32,000 bases of DNA from Gemmata obscuriglobus. GTDB taxonomy: Bacteria; Planctomycetota; Planctomycetia; Gemmatales; Gemmataceae. Positions 1-9,034 of the stretch are shown piece by piece (position 1 is the first letter of the stretch; every line of letters starts with the position of its first letter). Location of the stretch: positions 2,250,001 through 2,282,000 of the forward strand of contig NZ_CP042911.1 in assembly GCF_008065095.1 (NCBI RefSeq). The letters are read 5' to 3'. Below the pieces are notes generated by a model. That model was not told the DNA's origin and did no database searches. It worked only from the letters and a program-made list of their open reading frames with translations. A program made the translations under genes and the position numbers.

Positions 1-2624
1 TGCTGGAGCGCGCCCGCGAGCTGCTCCCGCTGCACCGGCTTGAGCATGTACCCGACCGCGCCCAGCGCCAGGGCGGTTTGCGCGTAGTCCCCCGCGGAGA
101 CGACGTGGACCGGGACGTGCCGGGTGCGCGCGTCGCGCTTCAGCCGGTCCAGCACCGACAGCCCGGAGTTGTCGGGCAGCCCCACGTCCAGCACCACCGC
201 GCTGGGGCGGTACTGGACGGCGACCGCGAGCCCCTCCTCGGCGGTGGCGGCGACGAGGCACTGGAACCCGAGTTCGTGCGCGAGGTCCACCACGATCCGC
301 GCGAACGGCGCGTCGTCTTCCACGATGAGGATTACCCTGCGGTCGCCGGACAGCTTCTCGCGGTCGTCCTCGACCCGCCGCGCGGCGGGCACGCGGGCGG
401 GCGCCGCCGGGGCCGGGGGCTGGCCCGCGACCGCCGCCGGCGTGTAGGGCGGAACCGTGAGCCTCGGCGCGGGTGCGGGCGGGGCGGCGGGCGCTTCGGC
501 GCGGGGCCGCACGTGGGCCGGGTTGTACGTTGTCGGGATGGTCACGGTGAACGTGCTGCCGCGCCCGGGCTCGCTCGCCAGGTGGATGTCGCCGCCCAGC
601 AGCCGGGCCAGTTCGCGGGCGATCGACAGCCCCAGGCCGGTGCCCCCGTGCTTGCGGTTGGTGGTCCCGTCCGCCTGACGGAACGCCTCGAACACCATCT
701 GCTGCTGGTGCTCCGCGATCCCGATCCCGGTGTCGCGCACCGCGAACGCGATCCGGTCCCCGGGGGCCGCGCTGGCCTCCAGCGCCACCTCCCCGGACTC
801 GGTGAACTTGAGCGCGTTCGACAGCAGGTTCTTGAGCACCTGTTCGAGCCGCTGCCGGTCCGTCTCGATCCCCTCCGGGCACCCCGGGGCGAGCCGGACG
901 GCGAACCCGAGCTTCTTCTCGTCCGCGATCGGCTGGAACACCCGGGTGAGGTCCTCGGCGAGGCTCGCGAGCGGCACCGGGCCGGGCCGCACCTCCATGT
1001 GCCCGGCCTCGATTTTGGACAGGTCCAGGATGTCGTTGATGAGCGCCAGCAGGTCGTTGCCGGCGGCCCGGATGGTCTCCGCGTACCGCACCTGCTCGGC
1101 GGTCAGGTTCCCGTCGCGGTTGTCGGCCAGCAGCTTCGCGAGGATCAGCGACGAGTTCAGCGGGGTCCGCAACTCGTGCGACATGTTGGCCAGGAAGTCG
1201 GACTTGTACCGGCTGGCCCGCTCCAGCTCGCGGGCCTGGACCTGCAGCTCGCTCTTGGCCCGGGTCGCCTCGTCGCGCTGCGCCTCCATCAGTTGCGTCT
1301 GCTCCTCCAGTTGGACGTTCGTTTGCTCCAACTCGGTCTGCTGCTGCTCGAGCCGGGTCTGCGTCTCGCGCAGCGCGCGGCCCTGCTCGTCCAGCTCCTC
1401 GTTCGAGACGCGCAGCTCCTCGGTCTGGGCCTGCAGCTCCTCGCTCTGGCGCTGCGTCTCCTCCAACAGGTCCTTCAGGTGGGCGCGGTAGTTCGCGGAC
1501 CGGACTGCCAGCCCCACGTCCTCGGCGACGCGGTCGAGCAGTTCGGCGGCATCGCCCCGCGGCGCGCGGACGAACCCCAGCTCGATCACCGCGTTGACCG
1601 CGCCGTCTTCCGTCAGCGGGACCACGGCGAGGTGCTCGGGGGTGCCGCGCCCGAGCGCCGAGCCGACCGTCAGGTAGCCCGCCGGGAGGTCGCGCAGCAG
1701 GAACGACCGGCCGGCCTTGATCGCCTGCCCGGCCAGCCCGTCGTCGGGGCCGATCCGGTCCGGCGCGCCGCCCGCCGGGACCCCGTAGGTCGCGACGCGG
1801 CGGAACGTGCCGCCGTCCTTCGCGAAGAACGCCCCGGCGTGCGCGCCCAGGTATTCCGCGAGGAACGCCAGCGCCCGCTCGCCGAGGACGTCGAGCGCCC
1901 GGTCGCCGACCAGCGCCTGCGACAGCCCGGTCTGGCCCGCGAGCAGCCACTCCTGCCGGCGCCCGGCCCGCACCGACCGCCGCACCAGATACCCGACGAC
2001 GCCGGACAGCGCCACACCGAGGACCCCGCTCAGCACCCCGCTGACGACGGTGACGGTGTACGCGGACCCGGCCGCCGCGAGCCGCTCCTTGCGCACCTCG
2101 CGCTCGGTCTGCTCCATTGCTTCGACCTGTGCCCGGACGCTGTCCATCGCGTTCTTCCCGCGGTCGGTCTCGACAGCCGCGCGGGCGGCCTCGAACCCTT
2201 TGGTGCGGCGCACGACGATGGTCTCTTCGAGTTCCCGAATTTTGGTGCGCGCGTGCTCCTTGATCGCGGGGACGCGGGCCGCCTGTTCCGGGTTGTCGGC
2301 GGTGAGCCGCTCGAGGTCTTGCAGCCGCGTGTAGATGTTGCCGACCGCCGCGGTGTGCGGCGCCAGGTACCGCTCGTCGCCGGTGAGAACGAATCCGCGC
2401 TGCCCGGTTTCGGCGTCCTTCAGCAGCGACATCACGTCCTCAAGGGTCGTGATGGTGTCGTGCGTGCGGGCCACCCGTTCCATGCCGCGGCTGAGCGTGC
2501 GCGTGTTGAGGTAGGAGATCGCCCCGCTGATCACGAAGAAGAGCACTACGGTGCCGAGTCCGGCGGACAGCCCGACATCGCCCCCGAACCGCTCCGGCCG
2601 ACCGTTTGCGGCGCTGTTGGGCAT
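1..2624 (-). CDS. hybrid sensor histidine kinase / response regulator (CHASE3 - TM - GAF - coiled coil - HisKA - HATPase_c - REC); C-terminal end runs off the left edge
   Basis: My own reverse-complement translation from the ATG at 2624 gives MPNSAANGRPERFGG... It contains a CHASE3-type LLKDAETGQRGFVLTGDERYLAPH and a long EELQAQTEELRVSNEELDEQ coiled coil. The H-box DFLANMSHELRTPLN has its Met codon at 1184, in frame with 2624. ATPase boxes are VRDTGIGI and GGTGLGLSIAR. The receiver segment is RVILIVEDD...VVLDVGLPDNSG...GYMLKP. There is no stop inside the window, so the ORF is absent from the supplied track. The listed 78..2642 + ORF is its antisense shadow. Confidence 0.85.
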   Translation of the reverse strand, partial: MPNSAANGRPERFGGDVGLSAGLGTVVLFFVISGAISYLNTRTLSRGMERVARTHDTITTLEDVMSLLKDAETGQRGFVLTGDERYLAPHTAAVGNIYTRLQDLERLTADNPEQAARVPAIKEHARTKIRELEETIVVRRTKGFEAARAAVETDRGKNAMDSVRAQVEAMEQTEREVRKERLAAAGSAYTVTVVSGVLSGVLGVALSGVVGYLVRRSVRAGRRQEWLLAGQTGLSQALVGDRALDVLGERALAFLAEYLGAHAGAFFAKDGGTFRRVATYGVPAGGAPDRIGPDDGLAGQAIKAGRSFLLRDLPAGYLTVGSALGRGTPEHLAVVPLTEDGAVNAVIELGFVRAPRGDAAELLDRVAEDVGLAVRSANYRAHLKDLLEETQRQSEELQAQTEELRVSNEELDEQGRALRETQTRLEQQQTELEQTNVQLEEQTQLMEAQRDEATRAKSELQVQARELERASRYKSDFLANMSHELRTPLNSSLILAKLLADNRDGNLTAEQVRYAETIRAAGNDLLALINDILDLSKIEAGHMEVRPGPVPLASLAEDLTRVFQPIADEKKLGFAVRLAPGCPEGIETDRQRLEQVLKNLLSNALKFTESGEVALEASAAPGDRIAFAVRDTGIGIAEHQQQMVFEAFRQADGTTNRKHGGTGLGLSIARELARLLGGDIHLASEPGRGSTFTVTIPTTYNPAHVRPRAEAPAAPPAPAPRLTVPPYTPAAVAGQPPAPAAPARVPAARRVEDDREKLSGDRRVILIVEDDAPFARIVVDLAHELGFQCLVAATAEEGLAVAVQYRPSAVVLDVGLPDNSGLSVLDRLKRDARTRHVPVHVVSAGDYAQTALALGAVGYMLKPVQREQLAGALQ

Positions 2625-2782
2625 ATCTGTGTGCCTCTGTAAGATTCTTGCGCCGCTCGGCGCCGTGGGGCGTTGGGGGAATGTAGTGCCGCGCCGCGTT
2701 CGGGGCAACGAACGGGCCGGCGGTCGCGGGGCCGGAAATTCGTTACAACGGCAACTCGTCCCGACCCGATGGGAGCCCCACG

Positions 2783-3955
2783 ATGCCGGTCGTCCGGAGT
2801 GGCCTCGACCTTCTCTGCGCCTCCGATTTCGCCCCGCTCCGCGACCGCCGGGTCGGGCTCGTGTGCCACCCGGCGTCGGTGGATGTCCGGCTGCGGCACG
2901 CTGCGGAACTTCTAGCGGGGGCGCCCGGCGTTGAACTCCGCGCGCTGTTTGGCCCGGAGCACGGGTTCCACGGCACCGCGCAAGACCTCATCGGCGTCGG
3001 GCACGCGGACGCCGGCGCGCTGCGCGTCCACAGCCTTTACGGGAGCACCTTCGAGAGCCTCAAGCCGACCGCCGAACAGCTCCGCGGGCTCGACGTGCTG
3101 GTCATCGACCTTCAGGACATCGGGACGCGGTACTACACGTTTCAGGCGACGATGCTCTACTGCCTGGAGGCGTGCGCGGAGAGCGGCGTGGCGGTGGTGG
3201 TGCTGGACCGGCCGAACCCGCTCGGCGGGCTCGCGGTGGAAGGTCCCGCGCTGCGCGCGGGGTTCGAGAGCTTCGTCGGGCCGCACAACATTGCCACGCG
3301 GCACGGGCTCACGATGGGCGAACTCGCACTCTTCTATCAAAAGCACCGGGTGCCGAACGTTCAGCTCGAAGTGATTCCGTGTGAGGGCTGGGGGCGCGAC
3401 CTGGAGTTCGAACGGACGGGCCTACCGTGGGTGCTTCCGTCGCCGAACATGCCCACCCCCGACACCGCGACCGTTTACCCGGGGCTGTGCCTGATCGAGG
3501 GGACCAACCTGTCCGAAGGGCGCGGGACGACGCGGCCGTTCGAGTTGGTCGGCGCGCCGTGGCTCGACGGGGCGGAACTGGCCCGGCGCCTGGAGGCCGA
3601 GCGCCTGCCCGGGGTGCGGTTCCGCCCCGCGTGGTTCCGGCCCACATTTCAGAAGTTCGCGGGGCAGGACTGCGGCGGCGTTCAGCTCCACGTCACCGAC
3701 CGCGCGAACTTTTTACCGGTCCGAACAGGGTTGGCGGTTCTCGCGGTAATGTGTGCGCTGTCCGGCACGCGGTTCGCATGGCGGACCGAGGAATACGAAT
3801 TCGTTTCGGACCGCCCCGCGATCGACCTGCTGTTCGGCAGCGACCGTGAACGGCTCGCGCTCGAAGCCGGCGCCTCGTGGCGCCAGGTCGCGAGCGCGTG
3901 GGACGCCGAAGAGGCCGACTTCCGCCAGGTGCGGGAGCCGTCCTTGCTCTACTGA
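2783..3955 (+). CDS. namZ: DUF1343 family protein, exo-beta-N-acetylmuramidase NamZ-like
   Basis: 390-aa ORF with DUF1343 hallmarks: RRVGLVCHPASV, LFGPEHGFHGTAQD, VIDLQDIGTRYYTFQATM, VVVLDRPNPLGG and RHGLTMGELA. GGGAG lies 7 nt upstream of the ATG. It is the first gene of a co-directional MurNAc-type cluster. Confidence 0.8.
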   Translation: MPVVRSGLDLLCASDFAPLRDRRVGLVCHPASVDVRLRHAAELLAGAPGVELRALFGPEHGFHGTAQDLIGVGHADAGALRVHSLYGSTFESLKPTAEQLRGLDVLVIDLQDIGTRYYTFQATMLYCLEACAESGVAVVVLDRPNPLGGLAVEGPALRAGFESFVGPHNIATRHGLTMGELALFYQKHRVPNVQLEVIPCEGWGRDLEFERTGLPWVLPSPNMPTPDTATVYPGLCLIEGTNLSEGRGTTRPFELVGAPWLDGAELARRLEAERLPGVRFRPAWFRPTFQKFAGQDCGGVQLHVTDRANFLPVRTGLAVLAVMCALSGTRFAWRTEEYEFVSDRPAIDLLFGSDRERLALEAGASWRQVASAWDAEEADFRQVREPSLLY

Positions 3956-3993
3956 TCAGACCGCTCTACTGCTTTTCCGCCGGACCACTCCTC

Positions 3994-5526
3994 ATGCCGC
4001 AACTCTTACCGCTCGATCTCGCTATCGTCGGGGTGTACGTCCTCGGGATGACGCTCCTCGGCGTGTGGTTCACCCGCGCGCAGAAGGACCTGCGCACCTA
4101 CTTCGTCGGCGGGCGCAATATCGGCTGGTTCATGGTGCTCGTGTCCATCGTCGCCACCGAGACGAGTGCCGTCACGTTCCTGAGCGTCCCCGGTCTGTCG
4201 TTCAACCCCGCGGGCGGGAACTTCACCTTCCTGCAGTTGTCGTTCGGGTACATCATCGGGCGGTGCCTGGTCGCGTGGCTGCTGCTGCCGCAGTACATGA
4301 ACGGCGAGCTTTTTAGCGCGTACCAGGTGCTCAAGGAGCGGTTCGACCCGTCCGTGCAGCGGGTGGCCAGCGGGCTGTTCCTCCTCACCCGGACCGTTGC
4401 GGACGGGCTCCGCATCTTCCTCACCGCGCTGCTGCTCCAGTTCGTGCTCGGCGGGGTGACGCCGGCGATTATTGTTGTGGGCGTGGTCACGATCGTTTAC
4501 ACCTACCTCGGCGGCATGAAGGCCGTCATTTGGACCGACCTGATCCAGTTCATCATCAAGATCGCCGGGGCGGTCCTCGCGGGCGTGTTCGTGCTGAAGC
4601 TCCTGCCGGGCGGGTGGGACCAGTTCCTGACCGAAGGGGAGGCCGTTGGGAAGTTCCGGCTCATCGACGCGGAGTTCCGGCCCACCGTTGCCCTGAACAT
4701 CTGGGCCGGGGTAATCGGCGGGGCGGTGTTCTCGATGGCCAGCCACGGCGCCGACCAACTCATGGTCCAGCGCTACCTGTGCGCGAAGTCGCTCGGGCAG
4801 GCCCGGCTCGCGCTGGTGCTGAGCGGGTTCGTGGTGCTCGCCCAGTTCCTGCTGTTTCTCGCGGTCGGCGTCGGGATGTACCTGTTGTTAGAGGGCGGAC
4901 AGTTCCCGGAGGCCGCCGGGAAGCGGAACGACGAGGTGTTCGGGCTGTTCATCGTGACGAAGCTCCCGACCGGCGTGGTCGGGGTGCTGGTCGCCGCGGT
5001 GCTGGCCGCGGCGATGTCCACGCTGTCGTCGTCGCTGAACAGCTCGGCGAACGCGGTGGTGACCGACTTCTACCGGCCGCTGCGGCCGAACCGGGGGGAA
5101 GGGCACTACGTGCTGCTTTCGCGTGTGATGACCGCGGCGTGGGGGCTGGCGCAGATGGGAGTGGCTTACGGCGCGTACAAGGCGGGCGGGAACAAGAGCG
5201 TGGTCGAGCAGGTGCTCGCGGTCGCCGGGTTCACGACCGGACTCCTACTCGGATTGTTCCTTCTGGGTAGTACAAAACGGTTTGTTCAATCCTGGGCCGC
5301 ACTGACGGGTCTGGTGTGCGGTTTTGCAACGGTGTTTGCGGTGTGGCTCCCGTCGTCCGGAATAACTGCGGACCTGCCGGTGCCCTCCTTCTATAAGGGG
5401 GCGCTGATCGCGTGGCCGTGGTTCGCCCCGATCGGTGCTGGAACGACGGTGCTGGTCGCGCTCGCGTTGCAAGTGATCGCGTACTGTGTCACCTGGCGCC
5501 GCAAACGCGGCACGTCCGTTGCATAG
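3994..5526 (+). CDS. sodium:solute symporter (SSS) family transporter, candidate MurNAc/amino-sugar importer
   Basis: Polytopic membrane protein with SSS-type N-terminus LAIVGVYVLGMTLLGVWFTRAQKDLRTYFVGGRNIGWF. I start it at internal Met40 of the track ORF 3877..5526, because the upstream 39 aa are Arg/Gly-rich overlap with the namZ 3' end. Its position between namZ and murQ suggests the substrate. Confidence 0.8.
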   Translation: MPQLLPLDLAIVGVYVLGMTLLGVWFTRAQKDLRTYFVGGRNIGWFMVLVSIVATETSAVTFLSVPGLSFNPAGGNFTFLQLSFGYIIGRCLVAWLLLPQYMNGELFSAYQVLKERFDPSVQRVASGLFLLTRTVADGLRIFLTALLLQFVLGGVTPAIIVVGVVTIVYTYLGGMKAVIWTDLIQFIIKIAGAVLAGVFVLKLLPGGWDQFLTEGEAVGKFRLIDAEFRPTVALNIWAGVIGGAVFSMASHGADQLMVQRYLCAKSLGQARLALVLSGFVVLAQFLLFLAVGVGMYLLLEGGQFPEAAGKRNDEVFGLFIVTKLPTGVVGVLVAAVLAAAMSTLSSSLNSSANAVVTDFYRPLRPNRGEGHYVLLSRVMTAAWGLAQMGVAYGAYKAGGNKSVVEQVLAVAGFTTGLLLGLFLLGSTKRFVQSWAALTGLVCGFATVFAVWLPSSGITADLPVPSFYKGALIAWPWFAPIGAGTTVLVALALQVIAYCVTWRRKRGTSVA

Positions 5527-5588
5527 CCGGGTTCACTTCGACAGCTACCATCAGTCCGACGACGCGACCCGGAGGTCGGCGAATTTCC

Positions 5589-7472
5589 ATGGACCACCTG
5601 CAAACCGAAGCGCGCAACCCGGCGTCGACCGAACTCGATGAGATTTCATCACTTCAGTTCGTGCGGCTGATGCTCGGCGAGGACGCGGCGGTCGTTCCGG
5701 CGGTGGCGTCGCAGGCCGAAGCCCTGGCGCGTGGTGTCGAAGTCATCGCCGGCCGGCTCCGGGCCGGTGGGCGGCTCGTCTACATCGGGGCGGGCACGTC
5801 CGGTCGACTCGGCGTACTCGACGCCAGCGAGTGCCCGCCGACGTTCAACGTGCCTCCGGGGCTGGTAGTTGGACTGATTGCGGGCGGCTCCGGCGCGCTG
5901 ACGCGGGCCATTGAGGGGGCCGAAGATAACCCCGAGTTCGGCGTCACGGACCTCAAGGGCATCGCGCTTTCGGCGGCCGACGTGCTCGTCGGGATCGCGA
6001 CGAGCGGTCGCACCCCCTACGTGCTTTCCGCGGTCGATTACGCCCGCTCGGTTGGCGCGTTCACCATCGGGTTGTCGTGCAACCCGGGGGCGGAAATCAT
6101 TTCTCGCGTGGATCTTGCGATCACACCGGTGGTCGGCCCGGAGGTGCTCAGCGGGTCGACGCGGCTGAAGGCCGGGACCGCGACCAAGCTCGTGCTCAAC
6201 GTCCTCAGCACCGGCGCAATGGTCAAACTGGGCAAGACTTACGGCAACCTGATGGTGGACGTTCGCGCCACCAACGAAAAGCTCCGGGTGCGGACCAACC
6301 GCATCGTTCGGGAGGCGACGGGGCTGGACCACACCGCCGCCGACCGCTTGCTGGAGACGTGCGGGCGCGAGCTGAAGACCGCTCTGGTTGCTCAGCTCGC
6401 GGGCGTTTCGGCCGATGACGCGCGTGACCGGCTTCAACGCACGAACGGCCTCGTGCGGGCCGCCATCACGACCAACGGCACCAACGGCAAAAACGGGCAC
6501 CACCACAAGAACGGTCACGCCAAGGCCGCTCCAGAGAACGTGGTTCTTGGGATCGACGGCGGCGGCACGGGTACGGTGGCACTCCTCGCGGTGCCGGACG
6601 CCGGCGCCGAGGGCGGCTGGAGACTGCTCGGGCGCGGCGAGGCCGGGCCGTCGAACCGGCACGCGGTGGGCACGGACGCGGCCCTGGCGGCGCTCAACGA
6701 GGCCACCACAAAGGCGTTCGCCGCGGCGCACCTGCCGCGCGCCTCGGTGCGCGCGGCGTGCCTCGGGCTGGCCGGCGCCGGACGCCCCGGCGACCAGGAA
6801 ATCGTGCGGGAGTGGGCCGCCCGCGTGCGGCTCTCGGCGGCCGTCGAGGTGGTCGAAGACGCGGCCCTGCTGCTGGCCGCCGGGACCCCCGACGGGGTCG
6901 GCGTCGCGGTGGTCGCGGGGACGGGCTCGATGGCTTACGGCCGCCGCGCCGACGGCACAACGACCCGCGCCGGCGGGTGGGGGCCGCTGCTCGGCGACGA
7001 GGGGAGTGGATACTCGCTGGCGCTCGCCGGGCTCCGCGCCGCGGTCCGCGCGGCCGACGGCCGTATCGCGCCCACGCCGCTGACGGAGCGGCTGCTCGCG
7101 GCGCTGAAACTGGCGCGGCCCCAAGAGCTGGTCGAGTTCGTGTACCGCGGGTGCGACCGGGCGGCGCTCGCGGCACTCGCCCCGGTGGTGCTCGACGTTG
7201 CCGAAGAGGGCGACCCGGCCGCCGATCACATCGTGCGCGAGGCCGCGGGCGAACTCGCCGCCGCCGCCGCTGCTGCCGCCAAAGCGCTGGGCTTCGGCGC
7301 GTCCTTCCCGGTCGCCCTCGCCGGCGGGGTGTTCGGCGCGGGCTGCTACCGCGAGCGCTTCCGCGCCGCGCTCGCGGACCGCGGGCTCACCGCCGATCCG
7401 CTGTCATTCGTTCGCGAACCGGCCGAAGGGGCCGTCCGCCGGGCCTTCGGCCGATCGGTTCGCGTCTCCTAA
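5589..7472 (+). CDS. murQ: fusion protein: N-acetylmuramic acid 6-phosphate etherase (MurQ, SIS domain) + BadF/BadG/BcrA/BcrD-type sugar kinase (MurK / GlcNAc-kinase-like)
   Basis: From Met60 of the track ORF: MDHLQTEARNPASTELDE..., GGRLVYIGAGTSGRLGVLDASECPPTF and GSTRLKAGTATKLVLN, which are MurQ/SIS motifs. An Asn/Gly/His linker TNGTNGKNGHHHKNGH follows. The kinase half then shows VLGIDGGGTGT, GPSN, GLAGAG, VVAGTGSMAYG and GGWGPLLGDEGSGYSLA, which are BadF/BadG ATPase motifs. Confidence 0.85.
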   Translation: MDHLQTEARNPASTELDEISSLQFVRLMLGEDAAVVPAVASQAEALARGVEVIAGRLRAGGRLVYIGAGTSGRLGVLDASECPPTFNVPPGLVVGLIAGGSGALTRAIEGAEDNPEFGVTDLKGIALSAADVLVGIATSGRTPYVLSAVDYARSVGAFTIGLSCNPGAEIISRVDLAITPVVGPEVLSGSTRLKAGTATKLVLNVLSTGAMVKLGKTYGNLMVDVRATNEKLRVRTNRIVREATGLDHTAADRLLETCGRELKTALVAQLAGVSADDARDRLQRTNGLVRAAITTNGTNGKNGHHHKNGHAKAAPENVVLGIDGGGTGTVALLAVPDAGAEGGWRLLGRGEAGPSNRHAVGTDAALAALNEATTKAFAAAHLPRASVRAACLGLAGAGRPGDQEIVREWAARVRLSAAVEVVEDAALLLAAGTPDGVGVAVVAGTGSMAYGRRADGTTTRAGGWGPLLGDEGSGYSLALAGLRAAVRAADGRIAPTPLTERLLAALKLARPQELVEFVYRGCDRAALAALAPVVLDVAEEGDPAADHIVREAAGELAAAAAAAAKALGFGASFPVALAGGVFGAGCYRERFRAALADRGLTADPLSFVREPAEGAVRRAFGRSVRVS

Positions 7473-7482
7473 AAGGTGCTTC

Positions 7483-8928
7483 ATGCTGCGATTGCTCCTC
7501 GGGCTCACGGCCCTGGGCCTCTGCGCGCCCGTGCGCGCCGCGGACCCGCCCGCTCTGAAACGCGAGTTCCGCGCGGTCTGGGTCGCCACCGTCTCGAACA
7601 TCGACTGGCCCAGCAAGCCCGGGCTGCCCGCCGACCAGCAGAAAAAAGAGCTGCTCGCGATCCTCGATAACGCGGTCGAACTGAAGCTCAACGCGGTCAT
7701 CTTCCAGGTGCGGCCGATGGCCGACGCGCTCTACGCCTCGGAACTGGAGCCGTGGAGCGAGTACCTGACGGGCCAGATCGGGAAGGCGCCCGGGTACGAC
7801 CCGCTCGCGTTCGCGGTGACCGAGGCGCACAAGCGGGGGCTGGAACTGCACGCGTGGTTCAACCCGTACCGGGCACGCCATCCGTCGGCGAAGTCCCCGG
7901 CACCGGCCGATCACCTGACCAGGAAGCGGCCGGACCTCGCGAAGCCCTACGGCACGCACGCCTGGATGAACCCCACGAACCCCGAGGTGCAGGAGCACTC
8001 GCTCCGCGTGTTCCTGGACGTGGTGAAGCGGTACGACATCGACGGCATCCACATCGACGATTACTTCTACCCGTACAAGGAAAAGGGCACCGACGGGAAG
8101 GTGATCCCGTTCCCCGACGACGACACCTGGGAGGCATACCAGAAGCAGGGCGGCAAGCTGTCCCGCGACGACTGGCGCCGCGACGCGGTGAACGTGTTCG
8201 TCCGCCGGATGTATGAGGAGACCAAGAAGGCGAAGCCGTGGGTGAAGGTGGGCATCAGCCCGTTCGGCATCTGGCGCCCGGGGCACCCCGCGGGCATCGC
8301 AGGGTTGGACCAGTACGCCGAACTGTACGCCGACGCGAAACTGTGGTTCAACGAGGGCTGGGTCGATTACTTCACGCCGCAACTCTACTGGCCGATCGCT
8401 CAGGAGAAGCAGAGCTTCCCGAAGCTGCTGGACTGGTGGGCGGGTGAGAACACGAAGAAGCGGCACCTGTGGCCCGGGTTGTACACCAGCCGCGTGACCG
8501 GCGCCGCGAAGGGGTGGAACGCGAAGGAGATCGCCGACCAGATCGCGGTGACTCGTCAGCGCAGCGACACCGACGGCGCGGTTCACTTCAGTGCGAAAGC
8601 CCTGGTGCGCAACACCGGCGGCATTGCGGACGAACTGAAGCAGGTCTACGCCGAACCGGCCTTGGTGCCCGCGTCCAACTGGCTCAGCCAAGGGGAGCCG
8701 CCCGCGAAGCCGGAGGCGGTTCGGGAGGTGACTGGCGGGAAGGCCGTTCTTCGCGTGAAAACGGCCCCAGGAACGCGATTCGTGGCCGTGCGTGCCCAAA
8801 CGGGCGATCGGTGGGCCGTGAGCGTTTCTGACGCGTCTGGTGCGATTGCAGTGCCCGAGACGGGAAGGATCGTGGTTACGGCGCTGGACCGGATCGGACG
8901 TGAGAGCGAGCCGGTCGAGGTGAAGTAG
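7483..8928 (+). CDS. secreted glycosyl hydrolase-like family 10 (GHL10 / DUF187, YngK-like) protein
   Basis: Signal peptide MLRLLLGLTALGLCAPVRAA, followed by REFRAVWVATVSNIDWPS, NAVIFQVRP, LHAWFNPY and DGIHIDDYFYP, which are typical of GHL10. The start lies 10 nt after the murQ-fusion stop. The N-terminal 95 aa of the track ORF 7198..8928 overlap the previous gene and are rejected. Confidence 0.8.
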   Translation: MLRLLLGLTALGLCAPVRAADPPALKREFRAVWVATVSNIDWPSKPGLPADQQKKELLAILDNAVELKLNAVIFQVRPMADALYASELEPWSEYLTGQIGKAPGYDPLAFAVTEAHKRGLELHAWFNPYRARHPSAKSPAPADHLTRKRPDLAKPYGTHAWMNPTNPEVQEHSLRVFLDVVKRYDIDGIHIDDYFYPYKEKGTDGKVIPFPDDDTWEAYQKQGGKLSRDDWRRDAVNVFVRRMYEETKKAKPWVKVGISPFGIWRPGHPAGIAGLDQYAELYADAKLWFNEGWVDYFTPQLYWPIAQEKQSFPKLLDWWAGENTKKRHLWPGLYTSRVTGAAKGWNAKEIADQIAVTRQRSDTDGAVHFSAKALVRNTGGIADELKQVYAEPALVPASNWLSQGEPPAKPEAVREVTGGKAVLRVKTAPGTRFVAVRAQTGDRWAVSVSDASGAIAVPETGRIVVTALDRIGRESEPVEVK

Positions 8929-8977
8929 CCGGCACGGAATTGGTTGTCGCGGCAGTTTTCTGATTGAGGCTCACCGT

Positions 8978-9023
8978 CAACGAAGCGAGCCGCCGGGAGG
9001 AACCCCGGCGGCTCGCTTCGTTG
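8978..9023. terminator. perfect 20-bp stem / 6-nt loop hairpin between convergent genes (bidirectional terminator candidate)
   Basis: caacgaagcgagccgccggg - aggaac - cccggcggctcgcttcgttg. It lies between the GHL10 stop (8928) and the lipoprotein stop (9035). There is no clear U-tract. Confidence 0.55.
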
Positions 9024-9034
9024 GCGGCTTATCG

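Noticed and set aside
78-2642. 854-aa plus-strand ORF, the longest in the track
   Set aside because: The translation is Arg/Gly/Pro/Val-rich with no recognisable motif. It starts at a TTG. It lies exactly antisense to a minus-strand frame that encodes a complete CHASE3-GAF-HisKA-HATPase-REC protein. It is a typical GC-rich shadow ORF.
3877-3993. N-terminal extensions of the track ORFs: 3877 for the symporter, and similarly 5412 for murQ, 7198 for GHL10, 19470 for the RNA ligase, 30077 for DUF4912 and 29508 for atpZ
   Set aside because: The extensions are Arg/Gly/Pro-rich, overlap upstream genes or intergenic hairpins, and precede internal Met or Val codons from which the recognisable family N-termini begin.
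5649-8799. 526-aa (5649..7229) and 470-aa (7387..8799) minus-strand ORFs
   Set aside because: They are antisense shadows of the murQ-kinase fusion and the GHL10 gene. The sequences are Arg/Pro/Gly-rich and featureless.
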